Part shown: piece after piece, positions 42,739 to 58,995 of the stretch | Layout of the letters: each line of letters opens with the position of its first letter | Position numbering within the stretch: the stretch's first letter is position 1 | Assembly: GCF_009914755.1 (NCBI RefSeq) | Contig: NC_060937.1 | DNA from: the human T2T-CHM13v2.0 reference genome, Homo sapiens | Strand: one strand, 5' to 3' | DNA: 64,000 nucleotides | Program-made: the position numbers and the translations under genes | Notes under the pieces: generated by a model | What the model was told of the DNA's origin: nothing | Databases searched by the model: none | What the model saw: only the letters and a program-made list of their open reading frames with translations

Positions 42739-45700
42739 TTAAACCAAAAATAATTACATATCAGTAATTTCATAAGGTTTAACCAAAAATCAAAATTCCA
42801 ACAATTTTTCTTCTAATTTAAGAATATAATTATAGCTTTTTTTCCCTCATAAAAACATAATTGCCAGAAGTATAATTCCCTGTTTTGAGGTAGTTATGAC
42901 CATCTAGGTAGAAATGTCCAGGAGGGAAATGGGTATGTGGATCTAGAAGATTTGAAAATCAGTAGTCTCTGGAGAACAGTTGAAGCCAGGGAAGCAGAGA
43001 AGTTCACTCATAGTATGGAGAGAATATGTAGCATGACAAAGGGTCTATGCACAGAGTTCTATGGAGTGCAAGCATTTAAGTGATAAGTAAGAAATAAGAT
43101 TTCAACAAAAGAACTTAAATGGTATTGCCACATCATGACTTTGCTCAAATCTTCTCAATGGTGTCCTAATGCACTTGAGAAAACAACAACAACAACAAAC
43201 TAAAATTCTTCGTAGGACCTATATAAGTATATCATGATCTAGTCCCTGCTATCTGGTCTTGTAGGGGACTTTCTTCTAATTCTGTGTATGTGCCAACCTC
43301 ATGCTAATTTCAGGGCCCTTGTACATGCTGGTCCCTCTGCCTGGAACATTCTCTTCACCTGACCATCTCCTACTAGCCTCTTCAGTCTGAGCTAACAGGT
43401 CCCTTCCTTGGGAAAGCCTTATCTGACCACTCATTTTACACTGATAGCACCTTGTACTTTTCAATAGCTCTTATCAAAAGTGAGAATTTATTTAAGGAAT
43501 CATTAGCATTTATCTCTTTGACAGATCATAAGCTGATGAGGTAAGTGACTATCTTGTATTATTTACTGCTCTTTCCCCAGCACCTAAAGCAGTGACTGGT
43601 GCATGACAGCTATGGAAGAAATGCGTAGGATAAATGCATGAAAGACAAGAAGAGAAAAAGCCAACTGGGCACAGGGTCAAAAACTATGAATGAAGAGAGC
43701 ACCACCTAAAAGACTGCTTTGCAGAATCAAATGCCACAGAGAAGCAAGGTAAAATCAGGGGTGAAAAAAGAACCGCCTGTGTCCACTGGTCACTTTTGTC
43801 CTCATGTTTCCATGGCATAATAAGAATTTAACAGATGCATTTCGATGGATACAAAGAAGACATTCTGGGTTAATAAATAACTTTTGTAATATGAGTAGCT
43901 TCTTGAAATTACAAACTTCAATTCTAACTACCTTTAACATTTAATAAATGTTACATAATTTTGAATTTTCATGGCACAATTATGAAAAATAGACCATGTA
44001 TAAAAGCTCGAAATCAATGACGTCTGAAATCATGACAAAGAAAACAGTGTTATAAAAGAAGTTGAGGCCACAAATCAAAAGCATGCCTTATCAAAACCAT
44101 TAAGTATAAAGAAGAACCAGTTCAGTGTTACTCTGGGTTGCTGTGATCAAAGATGATACTTCCTTTTGAACGTATTTAATAATTAACTATCAATGTCTTA
44201 AAGATATGGCTGAATTTCTGCTCTAGAATAGTTCATTTGATAAAGTGTGAAGACTGACTTAAAGATATGGTTTGGGAGGCCAGACACTGTGACTATCTTG
44301 CTCATCACTATGTCTCTCCAGCACCTAAACTACCTGGTTGTGAAGAGACTACGGGAGCAAAGGAATTAAATCACAGATAACAGAACATATTTTATTCATA
44401 CTCTTCATAGTCAGCATAGCTTTGAACAAAAAGAAGGATCTTAAGATAAATGCCCACATTTCATAAGAAATAAACCAGAATCCAAAGAAAGAATTTGCCA
44501 GTTGTTCAAACATGAATATGGTGGCCAATATTAAGTATCTAATTCTAGGTTTTCTTCTCATAGCCATAAACATGGGTCATCACTGTATACAATTTAAAAC
44601 AATTTAGGAGATTCCTTGATTTAATTTCACTTTCAAAACATACACTTATTCCCATTTTATGTAAAAGCACTATGCAGCAATAACTTATTCAAAAATGGTG
44701 GATACGTTTTTTATAAACTGGAATTTTCTGGAGATTTACAAACAAACCTTCAACTGAACATAATTAAAAAGAAAAGAAAGTTCTTAAATTTACGTTACCC
44801 CAGACCAAGAAAAACTTGTTATAAATATTTCAGCCACTGTCTGTAACTCAGTCTGAAGTACAGACACAATCAAATGTTTCTTTCAATATGAGAGACAAGG
44901 AACCATATGGGAAAGATAAAAAAAAAAATTCAATAAAATGTGATACTTCCCTCTTGCAGCACTAAAGAAAGAAGATGAATGAGAATAATTTTCTTGTAGA
45001 TAGGAGATTTTAATTTTTTTCTAAAATTGAATACTAACAGATAGCTATCTCTTAAGGTATCTCCAGACAGCCTCAGCAACAAAACTATCCACTAAGCATT
45101 TAAAAGAAAACAAAATTGCCAGTAAGATAGGATATAGTATACCTGAGACTATTTCAACATAACTGTAAATTAAGATGAAAGGAAAATAGCAAAACTATAC
45201 TTATTGCTCATCATCCTGTACGTAAATCTACATGAAGAAATTTAGCTATGAATATTCTACCTCCTTACTTACATCCACATAAAGCATGCAGATGACGTAT
45301 TTCTTGCTATCTAAATGTTTTATGTGTAGAGGGTGCATGGGAGCTATCTGCTTCATAATCCAGATTTACTCTCTTTTTTGTCATGTTTTAAATCTGTTTA
45401 CTTTGGAAATTGAAAAATTATCAGAAAATGTTCTCATTCAGCTAGAGGTTATCTTTTACTGCAAGGGACCCCTAGGCTGAAGGTTTTAAAAAATAAATAG
45501 CTTGAGCAATAATTTCTTGTAGTGGGATAAAGATCAGTGATGAATAACAAATCTGAGAGTAAAAGATTTTCTTACTCTTTATGCTGAATTACTTAGGAAA
45601 CATGTGACATTAGGAACAAAACCCTAACAAAACATAAGAAAGCAGATTAATTAGTAAAAGCTTAGATATACATACATATAGAAAAAAATGACAAAAAAAT

Positions 45701-45842
45701 AGCAAAACACAGTACAAATAATGCTATAAAAATATACAAGCAAAATTAAAGTTTAAACATTTTGATGCTATGAAGATATAACATAACCTTTGCTCCCTCA
45801 CTGTGTTTTTAATACCCAAATTCACTCAGAGTGGAATTTTAC

Positions 45843-45947
45843 CTGAGACTTAAAAGCTTGTAGCTCTGCTTGAAGCTCATTAATCTTTGCCTCTTTTTTC
45901 TGCAATTCAGCCTGAGTTTCTTGGTGGTCGGTAAACTCTTTTTCAAA
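45843..45947 (-). CDS. DIAPH3: DIAPH3 exon (probably 15), 105 nt; coiled coil FEKEFTDHQETQAELQKKEAKINELQAELQAFKSQ
   Basis: tttcag|TTT GAA acceptor and CAG|GTAAAA donor; phase 0-0. Lies inside ORF 45822..46049. Confidence 0.95.
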
Positions 45948-47802
45948 CTGAAACAAATTAAAAATAATAACAAAAACAGGAAGATGAAAATGAAAAGCAC
46001 TATTCTTCTTATAGAAATGTGACTCGAATGATCTGCCGGTAGAACACAAATTCCTGAATTGGTTTTATGAAAGGAGTGATAGAGTTTTGAAAAGTCACTT
46101 ACAGTCTTTCTCTAGGCCCCTCCAGGTCCCAACCAAAATCGTTCATTCACAAGGGGGCAGAAAAAAGCCATAGACAAGTCTGTGACCTTCTCTCTGCAGA
46201 GCAAACTGGCCACAGTTATCTGCAGCATTGGCATTTTTCTTCAAAGTCTCTAAATATTATTGTGACTTTGTGTAAAATAATAGAGAGCAAAGCATTGTAC
46301 AAATTCCTTGCATCTTCCACCTGCAAAAACTTATTCTTGAAACTTATCTGAAGTATATCAACATGATTTAGAGGATTTCATTTTAATATTTTTTATTACT
46401 AAACAACTCCATTCTATTCAGTTTCTAACTTTTTTTCTTGTAACAACATAATATCTCCTGATATCTTTGGGAAAGTAATGATAAATTAATTTTTCAAAGT
46501 CCCTAGTGAAATACCTTCTGGAAAAAAAAGGAAACAATAAAATTTGGTGAATCCAGTGAATTTTCTATAATAATTTATATATCCACTCATCACCAGTTCT
46601 CATCTTGCATTCAAACACATTCAACTTTGCCATTATTATGACTAAAAACCTCCTTTTTGCTCACAAACACAAGCATTTGACTTTCTTAAGAAAAATGAAA
46701 AAAAAAATCAATCAAAAAAATGCAACTATCTCACAAATGTGGCCTCCACATTTTAAATACACTCAAACCTTAATTAGGAAAATAACAACAATGTAGAACT
46801 CCACCGTTTACAAAGGGATTTTATTTTTACTTAGTTTATAAAGGGAATCTTACTTTGTCCTTAATAACACTAAGAGGCAGTTGCTAGTCCCTCATAGCTA
46901 GTAAAAGATGTGAGATTAAAAAGCCAGATTCCCCGCCTTCAGAGTCTAAGTTCAAATGAAACTATGCCACCTCCCTGCAATTAACGTTTAGATAATGCTT
47001 TACGGTTTTACTTAACAGACTATTTTTTGGAGCAGTTTTAGGTTCACGGCAAAACTGAGCAGAAAATAGAGATTTTCCACATACCCCCAACCCTACACAT
47101 GCATTCTCTCTCCCCATACTTTATAGCTTTTGAAGCATAAAAAGAAGCATTCTTAAATTTCATTACAAAAACTCTGTGAAATAAGAAATACTGCTTTAAT
47201 TCCCATTTTACAGGGAAGGAAGGTAAATTTCAGACTACTGATTCTCTCAGTCTCAACCTGTGTTCCTTTATTAAAATAACAAAAACTAATAGGTAAAAAC
47301 TGTCCAAATGTCCTTCAGTTGACGTAAGCCACAGCAACACTACCATTCCCCACAACTACTACGGCTCCTACAAACCCCTCTTACCGTTAAATAATTAAAA
47401 AGATTCTAAGCCTATATCTAATCAAATTACTAACTACAAAACAAGCCATGCATGAGTCTCAGAGGTCCGCCCACCTTCTCCTGTCACCCAGTGCTTCCCC
47501 CTAAGGACTTGCTAAATCAATTGCCTTCACACCTCCCTTGCATAGTTTACCTCTCTGTACTTTCATCCCTCATTTTACTCCTTATAACCCCTTACCATAA
47601 TCCCTCTTTAGCTTAAAAGTCAACTTTTTCAAAGGGTATTCTTAAACCACACTCACTTTTCTGACCTGTTGAACTCTGTTCATTTCATTATCTATCACAC
47701 TTAGCTATAATTCATTCTAAAAACGCTGACTTACCAAATTCCAATTCCAGAAGTCCAAATTCCCTGGACTGCTCTCAGCCTCATCTTAGGTGATCTCTCT
47801 AG

Positions 47803-48010
47803 GGCCATGCTATTTCAATATCATAGCCACTGACCACAAATGATTATGTAAATGTAAACTTAAATTATCAAAAATAAATAAAGTTTAAAAATTCAGTTCC
47901 TCGGTCACACCAGCCATTTTAAAAAGTACACTATGGGCACATATGGCTGATGACTACCATGCAGAACAATATAGATTATAAAACATTTCCACCATCCCAT
48001 ATTAGACAGG
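47803..48010. mobile_element. MER3-like hAT MITE
   Basis: TAGCCACTGACCAC...AAAATTCAGTTCCTCGGTCACACCAGCCA. Confidence 0.7.
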
Positions 48011-51000
48011 CCAGTTCTATAGCATAAATACCTACAAATAGGCCTCCATATTCAACCTCTTTTCCTGTATGTTCCATTACAACACACACTTCTGGTTCTC
48101 CTGCTACTCCTTGAGTGCTCCTACCAATTCCTGTTATGGGTTTCTACAAAATCCAACCCACTAATGATGGCATTCTATAGGACTCTTTCCTCACCCTCCT
48201 CCTGCTTGTCTCATCTTCCACAGCCATGTTTAAATCACCATGCATACACTGATGGCTTACAAATCCCTATCAACATCTCAGCTTCTCATCTGAATTCCAG
48301 ACTACAAATCAGTCCATGAATATATTTCCAACCACTTAATGAAAACTTTTCAAGACAGACGAAAAAACATATTTTCAAAACCAAACATGTTTCCCCCTAC
48401 AAGATTTGTTTTTTGAATGTTGCTATTCTTTGTAAAGGGCAGCTCAACTAACATGACTTCTTTGTTCTTAAACTATCAGTGACTTCATTATAATCATTAC
48501 TATCTAAGAACCCTGTAGGATCTGGCCCTAATCTACCTATTTCCCATTACGCAATAAATATTTAACAACACACCCGAGATATGCCCCCTCAGAGTGGTAG
48601 GTTCTGAAGACACAGTTAAACAGAATATGGTCAGTGTACTTTTAGTCAGCACAGTGGCTGATGGAGAAGTAAAAGCAAACTAACAACCCTAAATCAATTA
48701 AAAATACCAGCAATAAAGAGAGAGACAGAGAGAGACTGAAAGCTGGGGAATGATTCCTGGAGGAATGATGCTTGACCTCAAAGTCTGAAAAACTTACTAG
48801 CATTTCAGCGTGTGGATGAATGACAAGCAATACTTTGTAAGGGGCACAAAAAGAGGTATGAGAACAAACTGAAGGGGATAAAGCCAGAGATGAACACAGA
48901 AATAAAACTGCTGAAAGGAATTTTGCAATAAGCCAAAGAGTTAATCCTCTTTTCCTAAAAATCCTGGAGCATTATTAGGTATGTATAATAAGTAAACAAC
49001 ATAATCAAATTTTTACTTTCAAAAACTCAACCAGCAGCAGTGTGAAAGATGGGCTGAAAAAGACATACTAGAGGCATGGAAATTGGTTTGGAGGCTATTG
49101 TAGTTATCCAAGCGAGAACTGAAGGCCTTCCTGAGTTGAGGTGGAGGAGAGGGTAATGACAAAGAAATGAAAAAAGACTACAGAATCCAAAAATGTTAGT
49201 ATCTGACCGAATGAAGGAAATGAGCGAGAGGAGTGTATCTAAGATGACTACAGGGTTTTGTTGTTTTACAAGCTAGAAAAAAAGTGTTGTTATTTGGGGA
49301 AAATAAATAAGGTTATAAAATGCAGGGGGAAAAGATATTTTTAGGGAGAAGAAAGATAAATTTGGTTTGGATATGCTCAGCTTGAGATAGGTATAGGAAA
49401 TTCAAAAGAAATTTAGATATGCATCCTTCTTGGCTATCTCGCGTTGTTCTTCATACTGATTCCTCAAGGCTCAGATTAGACATCACTTCCTTGGAGAAGG
49501 CTTCCCTGGCCACCCATGACTAGGTGAGGGACCTTTCCTCTAGGTTTACATACCACATAGGGTTTGTCTACCATACCAATTGCACACTGTAATATAAAAT
49601 TGTCAAAATAACACTCACCAACCTGAAAGCTCATAAATGTGAGAAACTTTTCTATTTTATTCATCACCTTTCCAGTGTCTTACATCTATAATTAAAGTCA
49701 AATAAATATTTGTTGAACGAAGTGATGAGCCAACCTCGTCAAATCTTCCTTTATATGTTGAATGACTATGTCAACATAGTCACTCTCCCAGCATCAGAAA
49801 TCTTTGAGAGGTCATTTTCTCTTTTTGACAACTAAGACAAAGTTCACTGTTACACAGCAAGAAAAAAAATTACGTTCTTATGAGAGTAAGAATGAAAAAG
49901 CCTTTCTACAATATCAATATGTGAATTATGAAATATCTATTTCATAAATCCTAGACTAAAATTCATAAGGAAAAAGAATTATTTCGGGACTTAAGATAAA
50001 AATTATAAAAACAACCACAGTCATAATGAGTACATTCTAAGAACATTTATTAAATTAACTTGCTAATACTAAAGTAACTGTATTACTTATGAAAAAATAA
50101 GTTTCCACATCCTCGCCTATAAAAAGATAGCTGAAATATAAACTTTGTTTTAGCATTTTTGTAATATCTATAGTCAAATCACTGTAGCCTTGGGGAAAAA
50201 ATGAATCTCCATTAAAAGCACACCTTATAAAAACTGATATGATAGCCTTCTCCAAAAAGAGTTACTAGAGCGATATTACACTTACAAAATTACATGCAAA
50301 AAAATGTTGAAAGACACAGTTAAGGTTGAGGCTCTGCTTAATTTCATTCTCTAGGGTGAATGTATTAGTGCATCCGTACAAGAAGGTTGATAATTCAATA
50401 TTCTCTATATACTTTCTGACATTTCTGGTCTTCATTTTTCAAATTTATGCACCAAAATAAAGAATGTGTCTAGCAACCATGATAGCTTCCTGCCTAAAGC
50501 AAAGTATTTACATGTGTCCTTATAAAACTATCAGAACAAAGTTTTTGCTGATATATACAAAATGATATGGCAATAGAAATATTTTATGGAGCAAATAGTA
50601 TTTTCTGAATCTAACTAACACATATAATTTCTGACTAAAAGGAGACAAGTAACCTTGAACAAGGTCTTTCTTCTATTTATATATTTAAAACCTACAATTT
50701 GTTTAAAAATCTGTTGAGAAACTTTAACTCCATTCATGTTTGACTCCATTCATATATACTATATACCTAAAAATGATAACAAAATCAAATTTATACTATC
50801 TGGGATGTATCCAAATCAAGTACTTGAAAGTCTACTACTACTTTCCTATGAAGAGTTAAAGTGCTTATCCAGCTTAGAATACAATGTTGGCTGGGGGAAG
50901 GGTCACCCCACAACATGAACATCTATCCACTGTAACACTATGAGACTAAATTTAAATGATCCATTAATTTGTTTCCCCCACTAAACTAAGTCACTTCAGA

Positions 51001-51484
51001 GCAACAACAATATTATATTCACAACTGTAATCCTAACCTGCAGCCGAAGGCGTGGGAAATAACAACCTCTCATTTAGCGTTTGGTAAAGTCAGAACCTTA
51101 AGGCCCCTTAGGACATTTATAATGTTTTACCTAAGTTACTCTTAACTTACAAAACAGTGCCTATAATTTGTAAGTTATGTTTTATCTTCAAAGCTATAGA
51201 AATGTGCAACTGCCTCAAGATACATTTAGTATCTGCTACATCAAAAACCTATACTCCTTGGCATGATGCCTAACACACAGGAAATATTCACTTCGTAAAT
51301 GTTTGCTGTGGGTTCATCATGGTGACAACAGTAGTAAGAATTATCGTCACTCCTTCAATGTGAAAAACCACCTGAATAATTCAAATCAGATTGACTATTT
51401 AAAATGCAAAGAATTGGAATAACAAATTAAAAGTCTAATAGGTACTTGCTAAGCCAGAGATAAAAGGACAAAACAATACCTTAA

Positions 51485-51613
51485 ATTTATGCCTACTGTT
51501 CCATTATTGGAACGCTGAGCATGTGGAAGTTATTTATATCCTACTGCTTAAGGTCACTGCCAATGTCTGATTTTTCAAAACTCAAAAAAATTGCAATCTC
51601 AGGCATAAATGGG
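51485..51613. mobile_element. MER85 piggyBac MITE
   Basis: TIRs ATTTATGCCT / AGGCATAAATGGG, TTAA on both sides, and the internal palindrome GTTCCATTATTGGAAC. Confidence 0.9.
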
Positions 51614-51656
51614 TTAAAGAAAAGTAAGGAATTGGCTGGATGGTTAGAAATACTAC

Positions 51657-51741
51657 TGAGTTGAAACAAAACTGGTTTTGTTTGTGTAATATCCAACAGC
51701 TATGACCTATGAAAATGGCAATTTTATAAAGTTCAACTTAA
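51657..51741. mobile_element. Degenerate MADE2-like mariner MITE
   Basis: GAGTTGAA...GACCTATGAAAATGGCAATTTTATAAAGTTCAACTTAA. Confidence 0.55.
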
Positions 51742-52285
51742 TATAATGAAGCAACTTTAATCAAAACTAAAAGCAAGTTAACTTTTCTCTTAAAATTTTT
51801 ATATATGATTTCATTCTTAAGGGCTTAATATCATTTCTTGAGAATTACCACAACCTTAAAATTTTGATTACATACATTTTGCTCCATCATCCACTCATTC
51901 AAAAAGGATCTTTTTAGTTCTTACAAAGGGCCAGGAATTGTTCCTGGTGCAGGGATAGTGAATAAAACAAACAAAATGCCTCAAAGTTTACTGTTAGGGT
52001 GAAATAGATAAGTCATTCACATATAAATACATAAACTATGTAGCATGTGAGATGATGATAAATACATTCAAAGAAAAATAAGGAAAGAAGAATAGGGAAG
52101 GTCAAGGTTGGGAGTGGGGAGTTAAGACTTTTTAGATACAGTAGTCCTCCTTGGTGGAGGGCATCTATGCACACACCTGAAGCAGATAAAGAAGAAAGAA
52201 CGAATAACAAGCAAATTCCCTGAGGCAGAAGCATGCCTGCAGTGGTTCCCCACAGAATACTATAAAGTTAGTGAAAACTACTTAC

Positions 52286-52350
52286 TTTCTTGTAAAGTTC
52301 TGATGCTTTCTCTTCAAACTCTTCTAGTTTTGCTTGATCTATGCAAATGT
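52286..52350 (-). CDS. DIAPH3: DIAPH3 exon (probably 14), 65 nt; (D)ICIDQAKLEEFEEKASELYKK
   Basis: ttttag|AC ATT TGC acceptor and AAG AAA|GTAAGT donor; phase 1-0. Confidence 0.93.
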
Positions 52351-54029
52351 CTAAAATTGCAATGACAGGAAATTTTTAATGTGAAACTTCTTAAACTCAT
52401 TATGACTTCAAAAGTTTAGAAAGAAAAAAGATCATAGAAAATAATTAAATACTGATACTACCAGTAATAAACAAAATGGAAAAAATATTATAATGTTGGA
52501 ATGAAAAAGGCTTTTCTAAGCATGATACCAGAAAACAGAAAACACAGGAAAAGCCAAACTCAATAACAATTTTAAACTTCTAGCAGGCAAAAGGAGATGT
52601 TCAATTGTAATAACACTCAAATGTTTCTATCACCAACTCGTACATATTTTAAAGAAAAAAGATGATGTCTATAAACAAGCTTAAAAAAAACAGCCAACAG
52701 TAATAAACAGAAAATTAGAAAAATTGATACTAAAAAATCACCAAAACAGATGAATAAATGTTTATTATTCCCTAACAATATGAAAATTAGCAATATGAAT
52801 GTGAAGATTAAATGACTGATAATGCCAAGTGTTGGAGTTGACATGAGGAAACCAATAGTGAAAGCTAAGAACTTTGCTGATGAAAAACTAGGCAATATAT
52901 ACTAAAATTGTAAATATGGATTTTCTTTTAACCTAGCAATTCCATTTCTGAGACTTGGCCATTAGGCCTGAAAACTCATTAAAATATTTTTTGATGTTAG
53001 ACAAAAAAAAAAAAAACTGAAAATAACTTAAATGCCCATCAATAATGAACTGCTTAAATAAGTTATGATATATATACATGATAGAATACAATGTAGAAGT
53101 AATTCATATGGATTTCCCATATGTTATCCCTTCTTTTTTATTAAATGAAAGCGATACATGAACAAAGTTTATAAAAATATATTACAGAAGAATTTATAAT
53201 AAAAAATAAGTCAACAAAGTTACTGTATCCAAATCTTAATCACACTTCCTAAATGCAACCTCTTATTACCATTTCTATACTAGATTATTTTGGTGGTTAG
53301 TTTCTTAACTGTAAATAAAATGTACATAAGTATTATTTCTTGATTTATCTATTTAAGACATTATAGATAACTTTCTATTATAAAAGATTAAGACAGTATT
53401 TGTTCTCTAATCCTAATTTTTGATATTTTATTTACTAAACTGGATTGCTCCAGAGCATGAAATATTTAATTTTGATTCCCATTACATTAAGAATAACTTA
53501 AAATTCTTGCCACAGTATGTCAAATTATCTGTGCCTCATGCTTTCCAATACCTTTTCTCCCCTATTGCCCACCTTTGGTTCTTCTCTCACCTATTCATAG
53601 AAATACAATGACATTCTCTTCTGTATTTAAATCTTTTGTATTTACTTATGAGATTATTCTAAATATTTAAAAATCAGTAAATACAATTAATTTATTAAAA
53701 CTACATAAGCACGCATCACTTATACAACCAAATGGTGTTCAAATATTTTATTTCCTTCTCAAGAGCTCAGTGAAAAAAACCTCTCAGCTGCCATTCCTAA
53801 ATGACCCAGTGGAATACATTTTTTCAGATACTATTCAAAATCATTCCACATTTTAGTTTGCTGCATATTTACAGCACCATTTTCTTAATTTCTGCTTCCT
53901 CTTCCCACTCCCCCCACCCCAGGAACTTCTAATTGCTTATCTCTTATAGAGAGAAACAAGCATTTTCATTAATATTATCTAGTTCTTCACTAATTATATT
54001 TCATTCTTCTCCCAGGACTCAGATAATAT

Positions 54030-55200
54030 ACGAAAAGAAACATAACCCTGCACAGATACATAGCTGAAAATGAGAGGTGTATTTTAATAGCCTTTTCAAA
54101 TCATTGTGGGTAATCTTCTTTGATGTTATATCGAAATCTGACAAATGGTGACTTCTTAAACAGTAGTTACAATGTGGAATCACATATCATATCAATTAAC
54201 TTGTACTCTGTTACCCTAAAATCTCTTGATAAATGTTGCACTTTTAATAGATCTTTTGCCTATGCAGAATTTGTAATATCAGGCACTGGTCATATGGAAA
54301 GAATGGTGTGCTGAGTCATGCAAATGTTCCGAACGTTAACAGGTCTTTATACAATATCACAATGAATAATCAGATAGGTTAATAACACCAGTGACATCAG
54401 GAAATAATTTTAGTATTGAGAACCTGTCAGCCTAAAAGCAGCAGATACAAGTTTTCCAAAATTCAAATTTCCACTTAAAAACTCAAATTTTCTCATTGGC
54501 AGCCTATTTATCGGCCATTTTCTTTGAAGTTATAGGCTCACTTTATTTCATTTTTAAGAAAGCAAGTGCCTGACGAAAACTTTAATAAAAACTCAAATGT
54601 TACAACACTAAATAATAATGCTTTATCTTTAAAAAAAAAAAAAAAAAAAAAAACTCTCAAGTTATAGAAGCCATCGTCTGTATGAGTCATTCCAAGTTTA
54701 AAAAAAAAAAAAAAAAGGCTTCGGGGGGGACAGGCAATTCTGCTTGCAACTCAATTACACAAATATTTTCTTATTGAACTCTTTTAATAGATCTTTGCCT
54801 ATGGAGAATTTGTAACATCAGGCACTGGTCATATGCAGCAGAAGTACTGTATGTATAAATCCCATTTGTTAACACAGAATATTAAAACAGTGTGTATACA
54901 AGGGTCAGGCTTTAATAAAGTTAACATTTTTAGGACCTTATCAAAGGCATTCTTAAGTAAAAAATGGCAGTTTTTGTTGTTTTATTGACAGTAAAGATGA
55001 TAATGACTACTCCCACAGTTTAGTGCCACTGCCTTGATTCATAACAAAGTGCCAGGAGTTTTACTCACCATTGTTCTGCACCACCAGTGCAAAATACCAA
55101 CCCAATAAAAAAGGCGAATAATGTTTTTGTGCTATTATGAAAACAGTTTTGACAATTAGGGCCCTCAGGAGTCCAGAGACACAACCCGAGAACCAATGCC
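54030..55200. mobile_element. Charlie1-family hAT transposon fragment
   Basis: Resembles the recalled Charlie1a consensus (ATGCAGCAGAAG...CACAGAATATTAAAA; AGTGCCACTGCCTTGATTC). Boundaries approximate. Confidence 0.7.
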
Positions 55201-55262
55201 CTAGAGCTCATTCATAGAATAAGAGACAATAAGATATTTCTATTTAAATAATAAATACTCAC

Positions 55263-55381
55263 CTACAAACTGGGTTAAATCTAAATCTAGTCTTTTTCGA
55301 TATGTGAAGTCTGGATCCATTCCATCTCTATGCAATACAATCTGGGATACACACTCATCAATTAATTTGAAGTATTGTTGC
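55263..55381 (-). CDS. DIAPH3: DIAPH3 exon (probably 13), 119 nt; (R)QQYFKLIDECVSQIVLHRDGMDPDFTYRKRLDLDLTQFV(D)
   Basis: ttttag|G CAA CAA acceptor and GTA G|GTGAGT donor; phase 2-1. Contains the conserved diaphanous DPDF motif. Confidence 0.95.
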
Positions 55382-56031
55382 CTAAAACCAAAGAAAAGAG
55401 TAAATGTACAATTGATAATTAGTGTAACTTTACATCAAAACAAAACTTTTTGGCTAAGATTGATTTCAAGTTCAACAATTTATTAGTAATATAATTTCAA
55501 TAGTTGACACAACAGATTTTACCTGGGAGTGAGAGTAAATACAATTGTCATCACTTTGCTTTTAATGAATTCAAAACATCATTTTTATAGTCTTTTAGGA
55601 AATACAGTATCCCTTAATTTTCTTATAAAAGTCAAAACCTTGAATTAAGTAAATTAGCTGAAAGTGAAGTGATAAGTGCTTAAAATTTGTGCTCAGAGGT
55701 CATCAACTTTCCACTGTACCACACTGAAATAGCTATCATTAATTCACTTCATTAATACAACCAAAATAAACAAAAATTTTCTCTAAAAAGTTTTATGGGA
55801 GTATGTGGTATACTGTTTTCCAAGTGTTTGTGAAATCAAATTTAAAACTGGTACTGTAAGTTATATATAATATCAAATTCATATTTCTTACTCAAAGGGA
55901 AATAGAAAAATTCAGTATAATAATATTTGTCCAAAAATCGAAGTTTAACTAAAACCTCCAAGTAGATTTCATGTTGTCATTACAGTTAAGTCTAGTCCAT
56001 CTACACTGGTCATAGGTGAAACATCCCTTAA

Positions 56032-58995
<2,964 letters not shown>

